25,045 bases of DNA from an uncultured Bdellovibrio sp. (GTDB lineage: Bacteria; Bdellovibrionota; Bdellovibrionia; Bdellovibrionales; Bdellovibrionaceae), in NCBI GenBank assembly GCA_963932905.1, contig CAWVRN010000041.1:1-25045 (forward strand). Direction: 5' to 3'. The notes beneath the pieces are model-generated. The model had not been told where the DNA came from, made no database searches, and was given only the letters and a program-made list of their open reading frames with translations. A program made the position numbers and the translations under genes. Shown one piece after another: positions 18,116 to 25,045 of this stretch; within the stretch, counting starts at the first letter, position 1, and the number at the start of each line of letters is the position of its first letter.

Positions 18116-18559
18116 TTGAGTAAAGCTAAGCTGGTTAAATTGATTGAAAGTGATGAAATAAAAAGTTGGCGATTGCTCATGTCTGCATTTCAAAGTGTTT
18201 ATGGACAACTGGAAAAGGCGCTCGCCGAGAAAGACGTCTCAGTATCTCGGTTTCAAGTGCTATTTTATCTCTATTTTGAAGGTAGTTCGAGTGCCTCAGC
18301 ACTTTCTCGAAAGCTACTGGTCACGCGCTCGAATATGTCGATGTTTTTAAAGAGAATGGAGTCGGATGGACTCATCGGGTTTGATATTCCAAAGGGACAA
18401 AAACGTCCGGGTGTCGAACTGACAGCCAAGGGCACTAAGTTCTTCGAAGAGCTTTTTCCTGAGCACGCAGCCCGCGTAACTAAAATGGTTCACTCATTTG
18501 CCCCGCAGACCATAAAAGATCTTGAGAAAATTAGGCAGCGCGTCTCGAGCGATCCCTAA
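18116..18559 (+). CDS. MarR-family transcriptional regulator
   Basis: Motifs VSVSRFQVLFYL, ALSRKLLVTRSNMSMFLKRMESDGLI and VELTAKG. TTG start with AGGAG RBS. Confidence 0.9.
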   Translation: MSKAKLVKLIESDEIKSWRLLMSAFQSVYGQLEKALAEKDVSVSRFQVLFYLYFEGSSSASALSRKLLVTRSNMSMFLKRMESDGLIGFDIPKGQKRPGVELTAKGTKFFEELFPEHAARVTKMVHSFAPQTIKDLEKIRQRVSSDP

Positions 18560-18592
18560 GGGTCATAGGCAGTGACTCTAAGGCTTGCCAAA

Positions 18593-18616
18593 ATAATGTT
18601 AATATGTGAACATTAT
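18593..18616. promoter_or_regulatory. Palindromic operator ATAATGTT-N8-AACATTAT upstream of the ECF sigma gene
   Basis: Perfect 8-bp arms between a TTGCCA -35-like hexamer (18585..18590) and ATG 18622. Confidence 0.6.
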
Positions 18617-18621
18617 GCAGA

Positions 18622-19212
18622 ATGACAACATCGGGACTATCTACGACACCTGAAATACTGGCTGCATTTCGTTCTCAAAACTGGGACGCCTTAGAGGGTC
18701 TTGTTAAACAGTACACCGAAATGTTGCTTAAGGGTGCGCTGAGCCTCGGTTTTAAAGCGCAGCAGGCTGATGATCTAGTGCAGTCAGTCTGGACCACTTT
18801 TTTTGAGGTCATCCACACCTTTGAGGGAAGGTCTCAAGTGAAGACTTTCCTGTTCGGAATTTTAATCAACAAATCCCGTGAGCTAAAACGCGAGAATAAG
18901 AAAAACGACAGTCATGATCCGATTGATGAGGTTATGGCGGATCGGTTTAGCCAACAGGGCTCTTGGGCTAAGCCGCCTATCGCACCGGACCGATTCGTCG
19001 AGAGCATTCAAAGCCTTCAAGTCATTCAGGACTGTATAGAGCACTTGCCGGTCAATCAAAGGGCTGCTTTTTGCTTTCGCGAAGTTGAAGACCTAGAAAT
19101 GCCGGAAATCTGTAAGATTTTGGACGTAACTAACACTAATCTAGGTGTCCTTCTTTATCGGGCGAAAAATCGCCTGAGAGAGTGCATCGAAAGAAAAGTG
19201 GATAGAAAATAA
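18622..19212 (+). CDS. ECF RNA polymerase sigma factor (Neisseria sigmaE/ECF13-like)
   Basis: Region 2 ADDLVQSVW...FEGRSQVKTFLFGILINK and region 4 LPVNQRAAFCFREVEDLEMPEICKILDVTNTNLGVLLYRAK. Confidence 0.93.
   Translation: MTTSGLSTTPEILAAFRSQNWDALEGLVKQYTEMLLKGALSLGFKAQQADDLVQSVWTTFFEVIHTFEGRSQVKTFLFGILINKSRELKRENKKNDSHDPIDEVMADRFSQQGSWAKPPIAPDRFVESIQSLQVIQDCIEHLPVNQRAAFCFREVEDLEMPEICKILDVTNTNLGVLLYRAKNRLRECIERKVDRK
19111..19140 (+). promoter_or_regulatory. Intragenic copy of the ECF promoter-like motif TGTAAGATTTTG-N11-CACTAAT
   Basis: 12/12 and 6/7 identity to the two blocks at 14995..15024 with the same spacing. Ends 71 bp upstream of the anti-sigma start. Confidence 0.5.
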
Positions 19213-19460
19213 TGTTATCCTGCAAACAGACCGTTCAGATTTTGTCCTCAGACCAAGAGCTCTCGTTTCGGCAGAAACTTGAGCTTCGAGCGCACTTATT
19301 CATGTGTAAGCACTGTTCGGCCTATTCTAAGCAATTGAAAGCGATCGCCGTTCAATTGCGGCAAAATTTTCGAGAAATCACAAGGACCAACCCAGAGCAT
19401 GTTCGCGACCTAGAAGATAAAATTATTCAGAACGCTAAAAAGTCTGGAACCCCAGACTAA
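19212..19460 (+). CDS. zf-HC2 (ZAS) anti-sigma factor, soluble
   Basis: MLSC...HLFMCKHC (HxxxCxxC). Translationally coupled to the sigma gene via TAATG. Confidence 0.9.
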   Translation: MLSCKQTVQILSSDQELSFRQKLELRAHLFMCKHCSAYSKQLKAIAVQLRQNFREITRTNPEHVRDLEDKIIQNAKKSGTPD

Positions 19461-19579
19461 GAGCGTAAAGTGTCAAAGTGATTCCTTGCCACCTCTTGTT
19501 TTGAAAAGTGAACTGTTCTCGATTTTTCAATTCCAAAGGTCTTTTTTAAAAATCTAGATCGAGCCTTTGTTCTTCTTTT

Positions 19580-19948
19580 CTATTTTTCTGTTTTAGCACC
19601 GCCAACACGCTCATAATGAGAAAAAATCATATCCTTTTGATCCATCTTAGATATCGCAGCTCCAGCTATAGGATCCGTCATCACTTGTTCAGAGGCCTTT
19701 TTTGCCATTTTTATATTCGACCAAACTACAAAGTCGATCCATCTGCCATTTTCAGAACTATAGTAATAGTCCCTGGATTTAAATCCTTCAAACTTTTTGA
19801 CTACATTATTTAGATCCCTCATGAGTCGTTTTTGTTCTTCTATATTGACGCCATCTTTGAATTTTACTGAGACAATCTCAAAAGTATCACTTGCTGTGGC
19901 TAAATTAGAAAATAACATGACTAAAGCTCCGATAATTATTTGTTTCAT
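19580..19948 (-). CDS. Secreted ABM-like (dimeric alpha-beta barrel) protein
   Basis: Signal peptide, then EIVSVKFKDGV...FEGFKSR...WIDFVVWSNIKMAKKA. Confidence 0.7.
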   Translation of the reverse strand: MKQIIIGALVMLFSNLATASDTFEIVSVKFKDGVNIEEQKRLMRDLNNVVKKFEGFKSRDYYYSSENGRWIDFVVWSNIKMAKKASEQVMTDPIAGAAISKMDQKDMIFSHYERVGGAKTEK

Positions 19949-19979
19949 ACCTATCTCCCGCTTAAGCCAGCATATTTAA

Positions 19980-20004
19980 ATATATGTCATTTTATGTCAT
20001 ATTT
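19980..20004. promoter_or_regulatory. Candidate WYL operator ATATATGTCATTTTATGTCATATTT
   Basis: 22/25 match to the reverse complement of 1431..1455, with the same orientation relative to the WYL gene. Confidence 0.7.
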
Positions 20005-20022
20005 TATGATATGGTTTTGAAA

Positions 20023-20757
20023 ATGGCTAAAAATGGTAATAGGTCAGTGCAAAATAGAATGAGTCAACTTCTGGGACTTCTGCGGTCCGATAATTATTGG
20101 ACAACTGTGGCGTTAGCAAAGGCCCTTAGAGTGTCTCACCGCACGTTAATGAGAGACTTAGAAGAATTGAAGGCGCAGGGATATCCCATAGAATCTGACA
20201 GAGGCCGCGGAGGTGGCACAAGGCTTAATGGCCGATGGGGTATTGATCGGCTATTTATCTCAAACCAAGAGGTCATTTCCTTACTTATTTCTTTGTCAGT
20301 CACTGAAGCTCTGAGTCCAAATGGCAATGACCTTGGTGTAAAATCAATAAAGCAAAAGATAGCTAGTGCTTTTCCTGAATCGCAAAGACGAACTATCATT
20401 GATTTAAGAAAAAGAGTTCTGATAGGTCAAAAAGCCTCCGATCCCATTTTAAAGACAGTAGTTAGAACTTCAGACATGGTCTGGAAAAAGGCGATGCAAG
20501 CATTTTTTGAATCAAAGGGCGTAGATATAAAATATCAAGATGAGAAGGGCAATATTACTCACAGAAAATTTGATCCACACTTTCTTCTTTTGAATTGGCC
20601 TGTCTGGTATTTGCTTGGGTGGGATTACTTGCGAAATGATGTGAGGGTGATTAGACTAGATAGAATTAAACATCTCGAAAACTTAACAGAGTCAATAGTG
20701 CCAAGACCTCGATATATATTTATTGAAAGCTATAAGGAGTTTTTTGAGGAGATTTGA
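20023..20757 (+). CDS. YafY-like wHTH-WYL transcriptional regulator
   Basis: LAKALRVSHRTLMRDLEELKAQGYPIESDRGRGGG and WYLLGWDYLRNDVRVIRLDRI. Start at 20023 or 20011. Confidence 0.9.
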   Translation: MAKNGNRSVQNRMSQLLGLLRSDNYWTTVALAKALRVSHRTLMRDLEELKAQGYPIESDRGRGGGTRLNGRWGIDRLFISNQEVISLLISLSVTEALSPNGNDLGVKSIKQKIASAFPESQRRTIIDLRKRVLIGQKASDPILKTVVRTSDMVWKKAMQAFFESKGVDIKYQDEKGNITHRKFDPHFLLLNWPVWYLLGWDYLRNDVRVIRLDRIKHLENLTESIVPRPRYIFIESYKEFFEEI

Positions 20758-20796
20758 TTGGCGAATTGTTGAATGTCTCTCAGAAAAACTGGTGTA

Positions 20797-21696
20797 CTAG
20801 CGATCATGAGAGGATATAATTTTCCTTTCATTCTTTACAGATCCAGGTGTTTGTCTGAAAAAATCCTTAAAGGCTTTGTTAAAAGCAGATAGAGATTGGT
20901 AACCAATCGAGTAACAGGCTTGATCCACATTCATGCCCGAATTGAGCAAAGTCCAAGACTTTTGCAGCCGCCACCAAGTTAAAAATTGCATCGGTGTAGT
21001 ACCTCCAATTTTTCTGAATTTTTGTATTAGAGATGACCTAGAAATATGACCACAAGCCGCCATTGAATCTAAGTCCCAATTAAATTCGGGTTTATCAACT
21101 ATTGCAGAAACAATAGGGTAAAGACTTGAATCAGAAAGAACATTCATAAAGTGCCCCTTTTTTTGTGGAATAGAAATATAGTCACCTAAGGCATTTAAAA
21201 ATATGAGTTCAGCGAGTTTATTGAGTTTTGCTTTTTGTCCTAAAGAATTTTGTTTCATATTTTCGTAAATAATGAGTTCTAAAATGGGCTGCATCCAGCC
21301 TTTAATTTCTGAGTATCGGAAAATAATATACTCAGGTAAAATATTTAAAATAGACTCACTTCCGCGGTGAGCAAAGCGTATATCCGCACAAAGTAAGCCT
21401 GTGCTATTAAGTTTACTTTCGCTGTTAAATGAAAAAATTTTTGGTTTTGCAGTTTCTCGAGTTGTCGGTTGCATGCTGTGTTTAATTTCTTTTGGGAAAA
21501 TAACGAGATCTCCGTAAACAAGATCCGTCGTGAGTTTTGGCGGAATGTTTAGTCGACATCGATCTGATGTCACAACATGAAAGCAAGTTTGTCCTAATTG
21601 TTTTTCATTAATTTGCCAGTTACCACAAATTTTAGCATTGTGATAGATATCAACATCCAGGTTAAGCAAGTTTAAAATTTTAGATAAAGCATCCAT
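20797..21696 (-). CDS. AraC-family regulator with an N-terminal cupin (RclR-like architecture)
   Basis: MDALSKIL...CGNW...FHVVT cupin and AraC HTHs ISRSSLIQKF...TPMQFLTWWRL...IGYQSLSAFNKAFK. Confidence 0.92.
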   Translation of the reverse strand: MDALSKILNLLNLDVDIYHNAKICGNWQINEKQLGQTCFHVVTSDRCRLNIPPKLTTDLVYGDLVIFPKEIKHSMQPTTRETAKPKIFSFNSESKLNSTGLLCADIRFAHRGSESILNILPEYIIFRYSEIKGWMQPILELIIYENMKQNSLGQKAKLNKLAELIFLNALGDYISIPQKKGHFMNVLSDSSLYPIVSAIVDKPEFNWDLDSMAACGHISRSSLIQKFRKIGGTTPMQFLTWWRLQKSWTLLNSGMNVDQACYSIGYQSLSAFNKAFKDFFRQTPGSVKNERKIISSHDR

Positions 21697-21798
21697 ATTG
21701 TCCTTTAAAGTATAAAAAATGCTATTTAAAGCATTATAAGTACATTTTTAATACTATAACATAGTTTTATAAAGCAATTAATGAAAAAGGAGTTTGCT

Positions 21799-22533
21799 GT
21801 GAAAAAAATCATAATACTTATACATATACTATTAGTGTCTGCATTGACTTATGCGACTGATCTACCAACAGTAGTGTTGGTTCATGGTGCATTTGAAGAT
21901 GGATCATCTTGGAACAAGGTCACATCCCAATTAATTAAAAAAGGTTATAAAGTTATCGCAATACAAAACAATCTAAAAAACCTTAAGGAGGATGTGGATA
22001 ATACTCAGAAAGTGATCGCTAAAGAAAAGCAAGTCGTCCTTGTAGGGCATTCTTATGGTGGTGCTGTTATTACCCAAGCTGCTTATGGAAAAGCGAATGT
22101 AAAATCATTAGTTTATATCACAGCTTTTGCGCCAGATGAAACTGAGCAGTTAGGTCAACTAATTAATAAATTTGAGCCGGCGCCAATTAATGAAGCACTA
22201 CAGCCAGATGATACTGGTTCTGTCTATATTAAAAATGAAAAGTATAAAGAGATTTTAATTAACGAAGTTTCAAACCATGATGCTTTGGTTATAGCAGCAT
22301 CTCAACGTCCGATATCAGGTTCTATTTTTGCTGAACCGATGGGAAAACCAGCATGGTTAGAAATTAAATCTTGGTATCTGTTGGCTCAAAAAGACAAAGC
22401 TCTTCTTCCAAATGTACAAAAATTTATGGCCGAGCGAGCTAAATCTGAAATTATCACTGTCGATAGTGGTCATGGTCCACACGTTACACATGCAAATAAA
22501 GTTACTAAAACAATTATTGAGGCAGCTCAATAA
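21799..22533 (+). CDS. Secreted alpha/beta hydrolase
   Basis: VVLVHGAF, GHSYGG nucleophile elbow, DKAL and SGH motifs. GTG start at 21799 after an AAGGAG RBS. Confidence 0.9.
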   Translation: MKKIIILIHILLVSALTYATDLPTVVLVHGAFEDGSSWNKVTSQLIKKGYKVIAIQNNLKNLKEDVDNTQKVIAKEKQVVLVGHSYGGAVITQAAYGKANVKSLVYITAFAPDETEQLGQLINKFEPAPINEALQPDDTGSVYIKNEKYKEILINEVSNHDALVIAASQRPISGSIFAEPMGKPAWLEIKSWYLLAQKDKALLPNVQKFMAERAKSEIITVDSGHGPHVTHANKVTKTIIEAAQ

Positions 22534-22553
22534 CAATAACACAGGAGAATAAA

Positions 22554-23084
22554 ATGGGATTATTTACAAAACACACAATCGAATCAGCACCAGCTGCAAG
22601 TCGACCGCTTTTAACAGGAATTAAATCGAAATTTGGATTTATTCCCACGATGTTTGACTACATGGCTGGGGCGCCAACTACAATTGAAGCTTATTTACAG
22701 TTGAACGAACTTGTATCGAAGACTAGTTTCTCAGTTTCAGATCAGCAAATTGCATTGATGGCCGTTAGTGTTGAAAATGAATGTGATTTTTGCGTTAAAG
22801 CGCATAAGGCAATCGGTAAAATGAAAGGGGCAAACTTAGAAACTCTACTCGCATTATCTGAAGGAAGAGAAATTGTTAACTCAAAAGATAGGGCGTTGGT
22901 TGATTTTGTCCGTCTAGTGGTTAAGGAAAGAGGTCGGTTGACTTTGGGAGATCAAGAAAAATTTATTAAAGCTGGTTTTACTCAGCAAAATATTCTTGAA
23001 GTAATGTTGATTGTTTCGATTAAAACTCTTTCGAACTATATTAATCATTTAACCCAACCAGAGGTTAATTCTGAGTTGAGGTAG
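22554..23084 (+). CDS. Carboxymuconolactone decarboxylase/AhpD-like peroxidase
   Basis: HTIESAP, FGFIP, VSVENECDFCVKAH (CxxC..H) and KTLSNYINH motifs. Confidence 0.92.
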   Translation: MGLFTKHTIESAPAASRPLLTGIKSKFGFIPTMFDYMAGAPTTIEAYLQLNELVSKTSFSVSDQQIALMAVSVENECDFCVKAHKAIGKMKGANLETLLALSEGREIVNSKDRALVDFVRLVVKERGRLTLGDQEKFIKAGFTQQNILEVMLIVSIKTLSNYINHLTQPEVNSELR

Positions 23085-23108
23085 GAGAGCTAGTTTTGAA
23101 ATGTATAA

Positions 23109-23143
23109 TATAATGCAGGTTCGATTATCGGCACTGCATTATA
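23109..23143. terminator. Hairpin TATAATGCAG...CTGCATTATA between convergent genes
   Basis: 10-bp perfect arms with a small inner CGA/TCG stem. Confidence 0.4.
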
Positions 23144-23719
23144 CATCTTCAAAGCTCGACATATACCGTTGATCAATCCAATTTTTGAGTCGAAGCGGCC
23201 ACTTGCCCTCGAAGCTAAAGCTTCCCCACACGAAACGAGCGGAGTTTTCTCCAGTTATGAGGATGTTGAGTTGTCTGTTCTTAATTTTAAAATCAGAGGG
23301 TTCCAAATCGACAAGTGAATTTCTAATACTCTCGACAAGGTGTCGTCCCTGGTGCACGGCGATTACACCAGATCTAGGAAGATTTGGAAAATCGGTCATC
23401 TGAGTCCCATCTCCAACAGCAAAAATACATGACGATAATCGAAGTTTAGAATCCACTTTCCCTGCAAATATTTTTGATGGCAGAGTCGGCGTAACTATAA
23501 AAATAGAATCGAACTCCAAATCGCCACCTTGATTCAATTTGATGCTCTTTTGATGAATTTGGTTTACTGGCTCATTGAGATGAATTTTAATACCAATTTT
23601 CATGAGAGACTGTTTGATCTGCTCAGAAATTTTCTCAGAATAATTCTCACAGAGTCTCGAGCCTTTAGATACCAAATGAACTTCGCTATTCTTTGCTTGA
23701 TTCCTATTGAGTCGTATTC
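23139..23719 (-). pseudogene. C-terminal half of an FAD-dependent pyridine nucleotide-disulfide oxidoreductase (type often linked to SelD), truncated at IS481
   Basis: IFAVGDG, PRSGVIAVHQG and LKNWIDQRYM motifs. Both GxGxxG motifs are absent. The first ~25 codons of the called ORF lie inside the IS end. Confidence 0.8.
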
Positions 23720-23729
23720 TGTCCTTCCT

Positions 23730-23769
23730 GAGACATCGTTTACAGAATATACCGGAGACATAGTTTACA
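23730..23769 (+). repeat. Tandem subterminal repeats GAGACAT(C/A)GTTTACA of the IS481 left end
   Basis: Copies at 23730..23744 and 23755..23769, with one inverted copy at 24966..24980. Confidence 0.85.
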
Positions 23770-23794
23770 CTTTTCCAATCACGGAGGAATTCCA

Positions 23795-24970
23795 ATGGGT
23801 TGGAGGGAGTGTAATAAGATGGATGAGAAGCTTAAATTTATAGCCAGATACTTAGAGGGTGAAAAGATCGCACCTCTTTGCAAGGAATTTGGAATCACAA
23901 GACCTACGGCTTACAAGTTGATTGATCGGTATAAAATGATGGGTCAATGTGCTTTGGTTGAACAAAAGCGAACTCCGCATCGATATGCGAATTCTTTACC
24001 CATTCAGATTGAAGCCATGATTTTGGATCTGAAACGTGATTACCCAAATTGGGGTGCGCCAAAAATCAGAGAAAAAATAATTAAAAAGTATCCTGATGTG
24101 AAGACGCCCGCAAAAAGCACAATACACGCGATCCTTGATCGGCATGGACTCGTGAAGCATCGATTAGGCAGAAGAAGATTTAAAGCAACAGGAACCCCGC
24201 TTGAACATGTCACAGAGCCTAATCAGTTGTGGTGTGCTGATTACAAAGGTGAATTTATGTTAGGTAATCGGCAGTACTGTTATCCGCTCACGATCACGGA
24301 TTACGCTTCAAGATATTTAATCAAATGTGATGCTTTATCATCGACACGAGAAGAGTTTGCGTTCGAGGTTTTTACCAGAGCGTTTAAAGAATATGGAATA
24401 CCAGACTCGTTGAGGACCGATAATGGAAATCCTTTTGCAAATGGTCAGTCATTTTATAATTTAACGAAATTATCAGTCTGGTGGATGAGGCATGGAATAA
24501 ATTTAGAGCGCATTACGCCTGGTGAACCACAAGAAAATGGCAGACACGAACGAATGCATTTAACATTAAAACTTGAAACGACAAGACCACCAAGACAAAC
24601 ACTTGTGTCACAGCAAGAGGCGTTCGATGTTTTTCAAAATATTTTTAATAACGAAAGACCGCATGAAGGAATAAAAAATAAATATCCTTCAGAAGTTTAT
24701 AAAAAGTCCGATAAAGAGTTTAAGAAATTAGAGCCGTTGTTTTATCCCATGCATGATCAGACGATTACAGTGACGACCTGTGGAAGAATCTGCACGAAGA
24801 AACTGAAAGTCTCTTTAAGCAGATCGTTCGCAGGGCAGCAGGTTGGAATAAAAGAAATGGAAGATGGTATCTGGGTTGTCAGTTTTATGGATTATGACCT
24901 TGGATATTTTGATGAAAAAGGCTCAAGAGTTGAACCGGTAGACGACCCCTTCGGGTTCCAAAAAGTGTAA
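23795..24970 (+). CDS. IS481-family DDE transposase
   Basis: N-terminal HTHs and an rve core with WCADYKG, RTDNG, PQENGRHERMH and FNNERPHE. GGAGG RBS. Confidence 0.95.
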   Translation: MGWRECNKMDEKLKFIARYLEGEKIAPLCKEFGITRPTAYKLIDRYKMMGQCALVEQKRTPHRYANSLPIQIEAMILDLKRDYPNWGAPKIREKIIKKYPDVKTPAKSTIHAILDRHGLVKHRLGRRRFKATGTPLEHVTEPNQLWCADYKGEFMLGNRQYCYPLTITDYASRYLIKCDALSSTREEFAFEVFTRAFKEYGIPDSLRTDNGNPFANGQSFYNLTKLSVWWMRHGINLERITPGEPQENGRHERMHLTLKLETTRPPRQTLVSQQEAFDVFQNIFNNERPHEGIKNKYPSEVYKKSDKEFKKLEPLFYPMHDQTITVTTCGRICTKKLKVSLSRSFAGQQVGIKEMEDGIWVVSFMDYDLGYFDEKGSRVEPVDDPFGFQKV

Positions 24971-25045
24971 ACTATGTCTCCGGTATGGACCGGTTCATAA
25001 CGGGTCTTAGTGGGAAGCAATTAGTCATAAAAAAAGGAGCATGAA

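Larger units (their letters stand above)
23720..24991 (+). mobile_element. IS481-family insertion sequence
   Basis: Left end starts TGTCC. A perfect 26-bp inverted repeat at 23749..23774 and 24961..24986 flanks the transposase. The right end reads ...GGACC. Confidence 0.88.

Noticed and set aside
23720..23795. N-terminus of the called 23139..23795 ORF as an intact gene start
   Set aside because: These codons are read through the IS481 left end. The genuine oxidoreductase sequence begins near 23719.
1..25045. CRISPR array, rRNA, tRNA or a recognisable multi-gene defence system near the WYL genes
   Set aside because: No regularly spaced repeats or RNA gene structures were found. The WYL proteins are YafY-like with small envelope-gene neighbours, not cas, BREX or CBASS genes.

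Overview
A gene-dense, AT-rich accessory region, probably from a Bdellovibrionota-like bacterium. This host call is an inference from two TIGR02147-type regulators and many Cys-containing secreted orphans. From left to right it carries a WYL regulator divergent from a DUF1761 gene, several secreted orphans, and a decayed 'recombinase-domain + small membrane peptide' module. Next come two TIGR02147-type regulators, each divergent from a paralogous secreted HExxY protein, then a GNAT, a candidate HEPN protein, a lipoprotein, a trypsin-like protease and an ISL3 remnant. These are followed by an intact copy of the recombinase-domain/peptide module and a bufferin-like MNIO RiPP cluster (yceI, YHS, lipoprotein BufA2-like precursor, DUF692, DUF2063) with MarR, ECF sigma and zf-HC2 anti-sigma genes. 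The right end holds a second WYL divergon, an AraC/hydrolase/CMD unit and an IS481 element abutting a truncated FAD oxidoreductase. The most notable non-coding signals are a 30-bp ECF-promoter-like motif found both upstream of the MNIO operon and inside the sigma gene itself, and a 25-bp operator shared by both WYL divergons. No rRNA, tRNA or CRISPR array was seen. All family calls come from motif recognition by eye, with no database searches.
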